This document shows, piece by piece, positions 1 to 8,632 of a stretch of 64,000 bases of DNA. The stretch comes from Candidatus Altiarchaeota archaeon (GTDB taxonomy: Archaea > Altiarchaeota > Altiarchaeia > IMC4 > SCGC-AAA252-I15): positions 256,001 to 320,000 of the forward strand of contig JAZDNF010000009.1 in NCBI GenBank assembly GCA_043800255.1, written 5' to 3'. Below the pieces are notes generated by a model, which did not search any database, was not told the origin of the DNA, and saw nothing but the letters and a program-made list of their open reading frames with translations. Each line of letters opens with the position of its first letter. Position 1 is the stretch's first letter. A program made the position numbers and the translations under genes.

Positions 1-2
1 CA

Positions 3-227
3 CAGCAGACCAGCGGAACAAGCACGACAGCTAGGATAGTCTACGCGGCAATCGCCTTACTGCTGATTTGGACAATCTACAGGCGATACAAGCGTGAGAA
101 GATTATACCCGGATCTGTCAGAAAGCGCATCCCTAAGCAGACGATGGAAAAGGTTGACATATTAGGGGAAAAAATAAACCATGCGCTCGGCAGATTGAGT
201 AAAAAATTCAGCAGAATAAAGGGATAA
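3..227 (+). CDS. 3' end of a membrane-anchored protein (partial, runs off window), probably partner of the downstream ABC exporter
   Basis: Frame 3 is open: QQTSGTSTTARIVYAAIALLLIWTIYRRYKREK...RIKG*, a TM helix plus basic tail; TAA ends 1 nt before the next ATG. Confidence 0.6.
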   Translation, partial: QQTSGTSTTARIVYAAIALLLIWTIYRRYKREKIIPGSVRKRIPKQTMEKVDILGEKINHALGRLSKKFSRIKG

Positions 228-228
228 G

Positions 229-1416
229 ATGCTGGACATAGCTTTTAAGAACGTCTTCCGCCAGAAGGCGAGGAGTCTTCTCACCGTCTTAGGCATCGCC
301 ATGGGCATCGGATTGATACTCATGCTCGGAGCCATAGGCGAGGGACTTAACAGGCAGATCAAACAGTCTTTCGGAGACATAGCCGCAGTGGTTGACGTGA
401 GGGCGTTCGACAGCGAGGATGGCATAACGGACGACATGATAGAGGATGTCAGGGACATCGAGGGAGTCACCGACGTCATACCCATTGGAGAGTATCGGAT
501 TACGAGGGGGGGAAACAGGGGCTTCGGAGGGATGATGTTCATGAGGGCGGGAGGCGGGTCGTCCTCGAACATAGCATTCACAGCCCTAAATCCTGAGGAC
601 CAGGATTACCTGATTGGCGAAAAAATACTTGAAGAGGAAGGCCGCAAGCTAGACACCTCAGACGACGGCCAATATGTCGTCCTATTAGGGCATACCACTG
701 CCGAAAACCAGTTTCTGAATGTCGGCGACGAGATAGAGTACCAGCGCAGAGTAGACAACGGCGATGAAGAGGATGAGACTGAAAGCTTCTACTTCGAGGT
801 TATCGGAATACTGGAGGAGACTGGAGACTCGAACATAGACGAAGCGGCCTATGTGCCACTCTCAACGATGCAGGATCTGGAGGACGATGACACGATAACG
901 CAGCTCAAGGTTAAGATAGACGACATCAACAACGTGGAGACGATAACGCAGAGCATAGACGACCTCTCGGATGAACTGAGGGCTATGTCGCCGCTGGAGA
1001 TGGTGCGCCAGCTGGAGTCAACACTGGGGACGATAACGATGGCAGTCTACGGCATCGGCGCAGTATCCATCATAGTCGGCGGCATCGGAATAATGAACAC
1101 GATGATAATGAGCGTCATGGAGAGAAGGAGGGAGATTGGCGTGATGAAGGCCATCGGCGCGACAACGAGTAACATACTAACCCAGGTTCTGGAAGAATCC
1201 GCGCTGCTGAGCCTGGTAGGGGGCTTCGCCGGGCTGGCATTAGGTTACACGTCAATAATGCTCGTAAAGACTTACACGAGTTTCACGCCGGTATTGACGC
1301 TCAAATTAATCGTGTTGGGTTTCTTGTTCTCGCTGATATTGGGTATGGGCGCCGGCCTCTATCCTGCATGGTCTGCCTCTAAACTGGACCCGATCGAGGT
1401 GCTAAGGTATGAGTGA
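229..1416 (+). CDS. ABC transporter permease, MacB/FtsX family
   Basis: N-terminal RSLLTVLGIAMGI TM; C-terminal GGIGIMNTMIMSVMERRREIGVMKAIGA and YPAWSASKLDPIEVLRYE. Confidence 0.92.
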   Translation: MLDIAFKNVFRQKARSLLTVLGIAMGIGLILMLGAIGEGLNRQIKQSFGDIAAVVDVRAFDSEDGITDDMIEDVRDIEGVTDVIPIGEYRITRGGNRGFGGMMFMRAGGGSSSNIAFTALNPEDQDYLIGEKILEEEGRKLDTSDDGQYVVLLGHTTAENQFLNVGDEIEYQRRVDNGDEEDETESFYFEVIGILEETGDSNIDEAAYVPLSTMQDLEDDDTITQLKVKIDDINNVETITQSIDDLSDELRAMSPLEMVRQLESTLGTITMAVYGIGAVSIIVGGIGIMNTMIMSVMERRREIGVMKAIGATTSNILTQVLEESALLSLVGGFAGLALGYTSIMLVKTYTSFTPVLTLKLIVLGFLFSLILGMGAGLYPAWSASKLDPIEVLRYE

Positions 1417-2086
1417 CGGCCAGATACTCTGCAAGGACCTGATGAAAGTCTACAATCCGGGGCAGCCTAACGAGTGCCGGGCAGTGAATGGTATCAATCT
1501 TTCAATCGAACTGGGAGAATATGCCAGCATCATCGGCCCGTCAGGCTCTGGCAAATCCACCGTCCTCAACCTTATCAGCTGTCTTGACACTCCGACTGAG
1601 GGGGAAGTCTACATCGAGGGTGTTGGTATAAGTTCCCTTAACGGGTTCGAGAAGGCAAAACTCAGGAGGGAGAAGCTCGGCTTCGTGTTCCAGCAGTTCA
1701 ACCTGATCAGGAACATGACAGCGTTCGAGAATGTCGAACTGGCCATGCGCTTTAAGGGCACTCCCGCGAAGGAGCGCAAGGAGAGGGTGACAGGGTTATT
1801 ATCCATCGTGGGCTTAGAGCACAAAGGAGATAACAAGCCTGCCGAGCTCAGCGGCGGCGAGCAGCAGCGAGTAGCTATTGCAAGGTCTTTGGCTAATGAC
1901 CCGAAAATTATACTGGCAGACGAGCCTACAGGCAACCTGGACACGAAAACCGGGGAAAAGATTATGGCGCTGCTGACCCGACTCAACAGGGAGGAGAACA
2001 AAACCCTTATTATCGTCACCCACGACCAGAGAATCGCCAAACAAGCAAACCGCACCATAAGAATCGTGGACGGAAAGATAGCCTAA
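1409..2086 (+). CDS. ABC transporter ATP-binding protein, LolD/MacB family
   Basis: Walker A GPSGSGKST, LSGGEQQRVAIAR, ILADEPTGNLD, VTHD. Confidence 0.95.
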   Translation: MSDGQILCKDLMKVYNPGQPNECRAVNGINLSIELGEYASIIGPSGSGKSTVLNLISCLDTPTEGEVYIEGVGISSLNGFEKAKLRREKLGFVFQQFNLIRNMTAFENVELAMRFKGTPAKERKERVTGLLSIVGLEHKGDNKPAELSGGEQQRVAIARSLANDPKIILADEPTGNLDTKTGEKIMALLTRLNREENKTLIIVTHDQRIAKQANRTIRIVDGKIA

Positions 2087-2108
2087 AAGTTAGTACAATT
2101 AAACGGGT

Positions 2109-2441
2109 TTAGTCTTTCGGCCTCCATTGGTATACTTCATCATGGTGCAACGAACACCATTGTGTTCGTGCATGCGAATTCCAGAGGAATTCGCCATGGT
2201 CGTAGTAGTGGACGTCGACTATTTTGTTTTCGTGGTCGATTTTGAAGATTAGGACGAAGTGGGTGTCGATGTGCACTCGATTGAATGTTTGCAGCGGTTT
2301 CCGCAGATACTTGTATTTGTGGAACGGGTTCCGCCTGATCTCCGCAATCTTCTTGTCGATTATTCTGAGCTGTCCTGTGTTCTTCTTCGCCAGTTTCCTG
2401 AATATTCTGTCAGCCTCAGGTTTAACGCTCAAGGAGTACAT
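2109..2441 (-). CDS. RelE/YafQ-like type II toxin, copy 1, with a 17-aa in-frame insertion
   Basis: Basic RelE-like protein (RVHIDTHFVLIF); near-identical to 37859..38140 apart from the inserted segment HGEFLWNSHARTQWCSL. Confidence 0.8.
   Translation of the reverse strand: MYSLSVKPEADRIFRKLAKKNTGQLRIIDKKIAEIRRNPFHKYKYLRKPLQTFNRVHIDTHFVLIFKIDHENKIVDVHYYDHGEFLWNSHARTQWCSLHHDEVYQWRPKD
2141..2198. repeat. Palindromic mini-element inserted in the toxin gene
   Basis: CATGG..ACGAACAC-CATT-GTGTTCGT..GCGAATTCC-AGA-GGAATTCGC..CCATG; 51 bp absent from the paralogue. Confidence 0.8.
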
Positions 2442-2443
2442 CC

Positions 2444-2677
2444 TCAGCTTAGACCGTATCTCTTGGCAAAGTCGTCGACGCGGATGCTTTTCTGCCTGCT
2501 TATCGACCTAATCTTTTCGACAAATTCGGGTTTAAGTTCAGGTTCGCTCTCGTACTCTATAAATTCATTCACTATATGCTCTATAGCTTCACCTTTGTTT
2601 TTCAGACCGTACCTAGCCTTAACAATATTCAACACCCTGTTCGTATTCTCGCCTATCTGAACCAGCGCATTAACCAT
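2444..2677 (-). CDS. Antitoxin (DUF2683-like), copy 1
   Basis: 77 aa directly upstream of the toxin; NRVLNIVKARYGLKNKGEAI and EPELKPEF motifs. Confidence 0.75.
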   Translation of the reverse strand: MVNALVQIGENTNRVLNIVKARYGLKNKGEAIEHIVNEFIEYESEPELKPEFVEKIRSISRQKSIRVDDFAKRYGLS

Positions 2678-2687
2678 CTTATAACAC

Positions 2688-2719
2688 CTAAGTAATACTT
2701 AGTATAACTAATATATAAA
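2688..2719 (-). promoter_or_regulatory. TA promoter: palindromic operator plus TATA box
   Basis: CTAAGTA-A-TACTTAG at 2688-2702 and minus-strand TTTATATA at 2712-2719; both retained in copy 2. Confidence 0.6.
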
Positions 2720-2771
2720 TGAACTAGAGGATTAACCAACCTGCCGGCTCCGAGACCGTTAGCAGACTATG

Positions 2772-3389
2772 TCAGAGGCCAAATCTTTGGTTGACCTTCC
2801 GCACTGCTTCAGAGATGTCTTCTTGTGAGAGTATGGCTGATATCATTGCCACGGAGTCTGCGCCGGCATCGATGACTTCCTGCAAATTTTCCATTATGAT
2901 ACCGCCGATGGCGACACAGGGCACCGCGACAACTTTCTTCACTTCCCTTATGAGCTCGACTCCCGCGGGTTCTCCTGCGTCAGATTTTGTCGATGTCGAA
3001 AAGACAGGGCTCATGCCCAGGTAGTCGGCTCCCCTGCGCTCGGCGTCCCGGGCTTCTCTGACATTATGAACTGTTACTCCGATAACGCTCTCTCGGCCTA
3101 ACAGCCGCCTTGCGATCTCGATTGGCATGTCATCCTGGCCCAGGTGGACGCCGTCCGCTCCAACTGCTAGTGCAATGTCAACCCTATCGTTTACCAGAAA
3201 TAGCACGCCAGCTTCCCGCGTAATATCCCTCAGATTTTCAGCCACCCGTAGCATCTCCCCTGCAGGAAGTTCCTTCTCACGGTACTGGACGACCTTTACG
3301 CCGCCTTTTACGGCGTCCTCGACAGTGGATTCGACAGACTTCTTCGACAGCTTCCGGTCTGTTATAAAGTAGAGGCCTCTCAGATTCAT
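2772..3389 (-). CDS. thiE: Thiamine-phosphate synthase
   Basis: VQYREK, NDRVDIA, GVHLGQDD, STSTK, AIGGI motifs. Confidence 0.95.
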   Translation of the reverse strand: MNLRGLYFITDRKLSKKSVESTVEDAVKGGVKVVQYREKELPAGEMLRVAENLRDITREAGVLFLVNDRVDIALAVGADGVHLGQDDMPIEIARRLLGRESVIGVTVHNVREARDAERRGADYLGMSPVFSTSTKSDAGEPAGVELIREVKKVVAVPCVAIGGIIMENLQEVIDAGADSVAMISAILSQEDISEAVRKVNQRFGL

Positions 3390-4192
3390 GCTAGTGTTAT
3401 CTTCTGCATTTTTCTCAGCTTGTCTCTGTCAAGATTATAAATCTCGTCGTAGAACATCTCCTTGTAGGAGCCAGGGCCTCTGGCTTTTTCTGAGGCTAAT
3501 TCCCCGGCTATGCCGAAGAACGAGAGCGCGGCAGCGGAAGCTAATGTGTAATCCTTTTCAACGGCTGCGAATGCTCCTATCACTGAGGCGACCATGCAGC
3601 CTGTCCCCACTATGGAGCCCATCATGTCGTGGCCGTTGTCTATCAAGTAGGTTTTCCTGCCGTCGGAGACCGCATCCTGCTTGCCGGTTATGACGACAAC
3701 ATTCTCGATTTTTTTTGCAAGCGTCTTCGCAATCTCCTTCGAGCTCTTGCCTGCTGAGATGGCTTCCACGCCCCTGGTCTCGGCCTTAATTCCGGCCAAT
3801 GTCGCTATCTCAGAGCTGTTACCCTTGAGTATGTCAACCTGCAATTCGTCCAGCAGCCTCTTGGCGCTGTCGGTCCTCAGGTCTGTCGCCCCGACACCCA
3901 CGGCATCCAATACTATGGGATGCCCCAGTTCGTTAGACTTCTTCCCTGCGAGTATCATGCTTTCAATAAGTTTTGGAGTGAGAGTCCCGATGTTCAGGAC
4001 AAGCGCTCCCGCAATGGAGGTCATCTGCTCGACTTCCTCCTTAGCGTGAGCCATAACCGGGAGAGCGCCGACCGCCCTCACGATGTTCGCGCAATCGTAG
4101 ATTGTAACCCAGTTGGTGATGTGGTGGACGAGCGGCTTCTGCTTTCTTATCCTCTCGTGCAATCCTCCGATGTCGATCTTCTCAGCCACCAT
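3386..4192 (-). CDS. thiM: Hydroxyethylthiazole kinase
   Basis: PLVHHITNWV, GALPVMA, LNIGT, VGTGC motifs; adjacent to thiE. Confidence 0.95.
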   Translation of the reverse strand: MVAEKIDIGGLHERIRKQKPLVHHITNWVTIYDCANIVRAVGALPVMAHAKEEVEQMTSIAGALVLNIGTLTPKLIESMILAGKKSNELGHPIVLDAVGVGATDLRTDSAKRLLDELQVDILKGNSSEIATLAGIKAETRGVEAISAGKSSKEIAKTLAKKIENVVVITGKQDAVSDGRKTYLIDNGHDMMGSIVGTGCMVASVIGAFAAVEKDYTLASAAALSFFGIAGELASEKARGPGSYKEMFYDEIYNLDRDKLRKMQKITLA

Positions 4193-4358
4193 ATATCACC
4201 TGGATTACCTCAAGCCGGTCTTTTCCAGTGACCTTCTCGCTCTCCGGCGCGAGTGTCCCGTTCTTCGCCACAACAACAGTCTCCCTGTTGATGCCGAGCT
4301 TCTGCAGCACGTCTGCTATAGTCCTACAACCTTTATAGTCTTTGCAGTCGACTCTCAT
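4182..4358 (-). CDS. ThiS/MoaD/SAMP-family ubiquitin-like sulfur carrier, 58 aa (absent from ORF track)
   Basis: Manual translation MRVDCKDYKGCRTIADVLQKLGINRETVVVAKNGTLAPESEKVTGKDRLEVIQVIYGG*; C-terminal GG; ATGA overlap with the ftr stop. Confidence 0.88.
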   Translation of the reverse strand: MRVDCKDYKGCRTIADVLQKLGINRETVVVAKNGTLAPESEKVTGKDRLEVIQVIYGG

Positions 4359-5260
4359 GGCTTATAATCTAGCAGTTCTCTTAAAAATATCCTGTGTTTC
4401 CCGAGTTTTCCGCCGAAGTTGCCTGCTGAGATCGCGATTAGGCCGGCAACTTTTGTTGATGCTTCTGCCGCAGCCTTCATAGCCTCCTTGACGGAGTCCA
4501 AACTAATGCCGTTTATCACAATCTCAGGGATGGACTCCACATCCCCCGGCACCTTCGAATCTTTTAGTCGCTCCCTGAGCGTCGGACAGTAGGGGTGGTT
4601 GGTCGTCGGGCCGATGTGCTCATATTTTCCCCCAGCCTTGGAGCCTGCGGAGCAGCCCTCCCTGAATGACAGGACAACACCTTCCACCTTTTTCACAGCC
4701 TCCTCAGCTTTGTCCAAAACCTTAAGAGCAGTTTTCTCGCTGTTGCAATAAAACCATAAGTTGCCGCCCATTATGCCCTCAGAGTACCCCAAATTTTTCT
4801 CAATCCTGAAGGAGCCCATCATCACCGGGATGTTTATCATCTCCCTCCCAAGGTAGCCTTCAACAGACTCATAGCCGTCGCCGCAGTGGCCGATAGCATG
4901 CAACGTGTCTAACTTTTTAGCAGAGTCCAACAGGTTGAACACTAAAGTTGTCGGAACCACCAGCACGCCCTGCCTTATCCTCTTAGAGACCTCATACTCC
5001 AGCCCCTTGACATCGCCTTCCCCTTTTGAGACCCAGTACTGGACTATGGCGCCAGGCCTGCCGTCCGGGGTCTCAGTCTTCCTTACGAACTTTTCAATCC
5101 CCCCCTCAGACTCCCCGAAAACGCAGCACGGCAGCGCGGTGGAATCATAAGCAGCCCTCTTCAGCCGCTTCTCATCCTCAGCAGTGATGAGAACCCTGCA
5201 GTACAGGCCGTCAAAAGCCTCGCAAAAAGTATCCTCAACCCGCACACCCTTGTAAATCAA
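4355..5260 (-). CDS. ftr: Formylmethanofuran-tetrahydromethanopterin N-formyltransferase (Ftr-like)
   Basis: EDTFCEAF, ETPDGRPG, GDGYE, GGNL, SAGSK, TNHPYCPTL, EIVING, SAGNFGGKLG. Confidence 0.88.
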   Translation of the reverse strand: MIYKGVRVEDTFCEAFDGLYCRVLITAEDEKRLKRAAYDSTALPCCVFGESEGGIEKFVRKTETPDGRPGAIVQYWVSKGEGDVKGLEYEVSKRIRQGVLVVPTTLVFNLLDSAKKLDTLHAIGHCGDGYESVEGYLGREMINIPVMMGSFRIEKNLGYSEGIMGGNLWFYCNSEKTALKVLDKAEEAVKKVEGVVLSFREGCSAGSKAGGKYEHIGPTTNHPYCPTLRERLKDSKVPGDVESIPEIVINGISLDSVKEAMKAAAEASTKVAGLIAISAGNFGGKLGKHRIFLRELLDYKP

Positions 5261-5283
5261 AACACACCACCTTAGGTTAGTCG

Positions 5284-7266
5284 TTATTTGAATCCGTATT
5301 TGTCTAGGATTTTGTCTACTACGTCCTTGGAGTCGGGCTCCATGACCGCCACATTATAATAACGGTCGAACGCATCCTTCTGACTTTGCTCAGGAAACCT
5401 CTGAAAATACCGTATGCAATTTATTGTAGCCCCCAAATCCATCGGCCGAGGCAAAACACCCTCCCGAAACGCGAACCTGAAATCATTAGCAGCATTAACA
5501 ACACGCTCCATGGTTTCCACGTCCACATCAGGCCCGAACTTTCTCAAAATCTTCAACTCAGACTCTCTCCCAGGATAATCCACATTAAACACCGCAAAAC
5601 GCCTCAAAAAAGCAATATTCATATCCTGCGTACCCTCATAATTATCAGGATTCATCGTCGCAAAAACCCCGAAACCCTCCTTCGCCTTAACAACCTCGCC
5701 AGAAGGCAACGTAACCCGCTTAGCAGCCAAAATATTATTCAACGACGCCAAAACACCAGGCTCCGGCATATTAGTCTCATCCAAAATAACCTTAAAACCA
5801 TGACGCATAGCAACAATCAACGGACTATCCTCATCAACAGTCTGCCCATTAAAACCACGCCTAACCAACAAATCCTTCTCACGCGTACCCTCCGACAAAC
5901 TCAAAACAGTACACGGCCAATTCAACAAACGACACAAATTCTGAACAATATCAGTCTTACCCGTGCCAGTATCACCCACCAACAAAACATTATTACCCAA
6001 CAACATCTCCTCCAACATATCCTCCTCCAAACCCACCTGCTCCACAACAGGCTCCAACACCACAACAGGAACAAACTTAGAACCAACCTCATCCACCACA
6101 CCACGACGAGCAGAAACACCACCAACAGTCACCATGTCACCAACAACCCTAACCACAGGCTCCGAAACAACAACAGACCCCTGCTCTCTAGACTTGACGG
6201 TAAGCGTAGCAGACGACTTAGCAGACTGGGCAGGTGGTCGACCTGAAGGTTGACGAGGCCGCCCTGACGGCGTAGCAGACGGCTTAGCGGGCCGGACAGG
6301 TTGCGACGGCTGCTGAACAGCGAGCGGATAGTCGGCAATATGGTCTTCCAACAGATTCGTGAAGTCTTTAAATTTCAAGCTTGAGAGGTTTTTCGCCCTC
6401 AACAGCTTCTCCATCAGGATAACATCAGCCCGCATAGGAGTTAACAGTTTGATCAACTTCGGGTCAGACGTCAGTTTGCTGATCTCATCCTCAGCGGTCT
6501 TCTCAGACTCCTCCGTCATTTTCAGAGGGATGAACCTCCTCCAGGGTTCCCGCATCCTAGGCACCCGCTTATATCCTGCCCCGTCATACAGCAACGCAGG
6601 CCCATATCCTAGAGCGTCGAATGCCGCAGTCAGGGTCCTGTGGCTGTGGATTAAATCTGAAAAGGGGAGCAAGTCTCCAACGACCTTATCTTCCATATCA
6701 TATTCCTTCTTGACTAATAATCTTTTAATGAAATCGAGTCTCGTATGCTCCGGTATTTTTGGCAGCTCGTCTATTGGTCTGACTGGCACATCCAACTTCA
6801 TAGCCTTGTCCATGTCGTCGGGTGAGACTTCACCCGTCCAAAGCTTCCCGACCCGGATCAGCTTACGCTTGCCGATTCCCAGATCCTCTTTCGACTCATA
6901 GTACACCTGCCGGGGAAAATAATACTCCCGTGAGTCAGGATCAGTCTCATGCGTATGGTCTTTTTTCAACAGATTCTTAACAGGCGATGCCACTACGAGA
7001 CCACTAGCCATAGTAACAACAGTCGCTCCAAAAAAAAGCATACCCTCAGCTGCATGAAGACCGCCCGAATGCTGAGCACTTTCCATAAACGGTGCAACTC
7101 CGACTAGAGAGACCGCACCAGCGATGGAAACCGGAATAGCAGCCAGCTTATGTCTCTGACTTCTTCGAGTGAGCAGCCCCTTTTTCAACTCTTCTACTTC
7201 AAAGGGGACTGGAAGCTCCTCATCGCCCTTGTGACCTCCGCCCTTGCCTGCGACTTTCACAGCCAT
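5284..7266 (-). CDS. Membrane-associated protein with C-terminal MoxR/CbbQ/NirQ-type AAA+ ATPase domain
   Basis: Two N-terminal hydrophobic segments, Pro/Ser linker, Walker A GDTGTGKT, Walker B ILDE, FATMNP..YEGT, AFLRRF, VDYP; start moved to MAVKVAG. Confidence 0.8.
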   Translation of the reverse strand: MAVKVAGKGGGHKGDEELPVPFEVEELKKGLLTRRSQRHKLAAIPVSIAGAVSLVGVAPFMESAQHSGGLHAAEGMLFFGATVVTMASGLVVASPVKNLLKKDHTHETDPDSREYYFPRQVYYESKEDLGIGKRKLIRVGKLWTGEVSPDDMDKAMKLDVPVRPIDELPKIPEHTRLDFIKRLLVKKEYDMEDKVVGDLLPFSDLIHSHRTLTAAFDALGYGPALLYDGAGYKRVPRMREPWRRFIPLKMTEESEKTAEDEISKLTSDPKLIKLLTPMRADVILMEKLLRAKNLSSLKFKDFTNLLEDHIADYPLAVQQPSQPVRPAKPSATPSGRPRQPSGRPPAQSAKSSATLTVKSREQGSVVVSEPVVRVVGDMVTVGGVSARRGVVDEVGSKFVPVVVLEPVVEQVGLEEDMLEEMLLGNNVLLVGDTGTGKTDIVQNLCRLLNWPCTVLSLSEGTREKDLLVRRGFNGQTVDEDSPLIVAMRHGFKVILDETNMPEPGVLASLNNILAAKRVTLPSGEVVKAKEGFGVFATMNPDNYEGTQDMNIAFLRRFAVFNVDYPGRESELKILRKFGPDVDVETMERVVNAANDFRFAFREGVLPRPMDLGATINCIRYFQRFPEQSQKDAFDRYYNVAVMEPDSKDVVDKILDKYGFK

Positions 7267-7267
7267 T

Positions 7268-7591
7268 TTAAATTTCCGATACCAATGTCTCAACCAGTAT
7301 ACGATTCAAGACGTCGATAGCCTTGGAAGCATCCTCCTCTGACAGCTTCAGCTCCTTCTCCCCTTTTGGAACATACTCCATGAAATTCAGATCGCCATCC
7401 TGAGCATACAAGCCAAGGCGCTTGGAAGGATTCTTGCCATAGATTTTTATCAAATCCCTGTCAGAATCAATCCTATCAACCAAAGCGCGTATAACATCAA
7501 AACCGATGCCCGTAAACCTATTACTCTCTGTTGCCTTGCCGTTCATCTTAGCTTTTTCCATGATATTGTCAGAGCCCTGACCATTGTTCAT
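7268..7591 (-). CDS. Hypothetical protein
   Basis: 107-aa ORF whose stop lies 1 nt before the AAA gene start. Confidence 0.55.
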   Translation of the reverse strand: MNNGQGSDNIMEKAKMNGKATESNRFTGIGFDVIRALVDRIDSDRDLIKIYGKNPSKRLGLYAQDGDLNFMEYVPKGEKELKLSEEDASKAIDVLNRILVETLVSEI

Positions 7592-7624
7592 ATATAGAGA
7601 GAGGATAGAATATATACCCTACAA

Positions 7625-8632
7625 ATGGACTCCCTAATCGATAAAAAGATCGTTGACAGCATGTACGCTGACGGTCTACTTTACGCGAAGTTTGGGGACT
7701 ATGAGAAGAGGCTTCACAATTTTGAAGTCTTTAAGGTGCCGTTGAATGCAGAATTCACGTGCCCGAATTGGGACGGCAGGCTGAGCAAGCAGGGATGCGT
7801 GTACTGCCCGGACTTCGCGAGGCAGTTCACCTACGAGAGCTTCAGGAGGGTCATAGGGAAGACCATGAACGAGCAGCTGAAGGACCAGATACTATATTAT
7901 AAGAAGAGGGGCGCCGGAGAGAAGGCCTTAGTTTATATTGCCTTCGGCACTAACACGTATGCTCCCATAAAGGAGCTGGAAAGGATATTCGAGACCGCGC
8001 TGAAACCGAAGGACGTCATCGGACTGTCAATCGGCACGAGGCCGGACTGCCTCCCGCCTGAAGTCCTTAACCTGTTAGGAGAGTACGTGAAAGACGGGAA
8101 GGAAATCTGGCTCGAACTCGGACAGCAATCAGTCCACTATCACACAGACGAGAGGATAAACAGGCAGCACGGATTCGGCGAATGCATAAAGGCAGTAAAC
8201 GAAGCGCACAAACGGGGGATATACTCGCTCATCTTCATCATCATGGGACTCCCATATGAGACGCCATCAGAGATGCGCGAGACCGCGAAAGTGGTCTCAG
8301 CACTGGGAGCTGACGCCGTGAAACTGTACCCCCTGCTGGTGATGAAGAAGACACGGCTGGCTGCAGAATACAAACAGGGAACCTACAGGCCCATAAGCAG
8401 ATTAGAGTATATCACAGCGGTTGCAGATTTCCTAGAGCATGCGAGCCCCTACGTACTCATACAGAGAGTCAGCAAAGACTGCGGCCTCGACGGGAAAGTA
8501 GTGCCAAGCTGGAACACCCACAGGTTCCTAGTAGGCCCAGAAGTGGAGAAGACGCTGATGATACGAGGAACGAAGCAGGGAGCAAAACACAAACTCGGGC
8601 TAACAGTAGAAGAGCTGACGCCGCTAGCCTAG
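7625..8632 (+). CDS. Radical SAM protein, TIGR01212/YhcC family
   Basis: FTCPNWDG..GCVYC, TNTYAP, IGTRPDC, WLELGQQS, INRQH. Confidence 0.88.
   Translation: MDSLIDKKIVDSMYADGLLYAKFGDYEKRLHNFEVFKVPLNAEFTCPNWDGRLSKQGCVYCPDFARQFTYESFRRVIGKTMNEQLKDQILYYKKRGAGEKALVYIAFGTNTYAPIKELERIFETALKPKDVIGLSIGTRPDCLPPEVLNLLGEYVKDGKEIWLELGQQSVHYHTDERINRQHGFGECIKAVNEAHKRGIYSLIFIIMGLPYETPSEMRETAKVVSALGADAVKLYPLLVMKKTRLAAEYKQGTYRPISRLEYITAVADFLEHASPYVLIQRVSKDCGLDGKVVPSWNTHRFLVGPEVEKTLMIRGTKQGAKHKLGLTVEELTPLA

Noticed and set aside
4193-4354. Possible TPP riboswitch upstream of thiM
   Set aside because: The gap is filled by the ThiS-like ORF and no TPP aptamer core was recognised
5386-6246. 286-aa plus-strand ORF (also 48091..48528 and 48814..49581)
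   Set aside because: Antisense shadows: the real genes nearly lack A-ending codons there, which removes antisense stops; the translations are low-complexity
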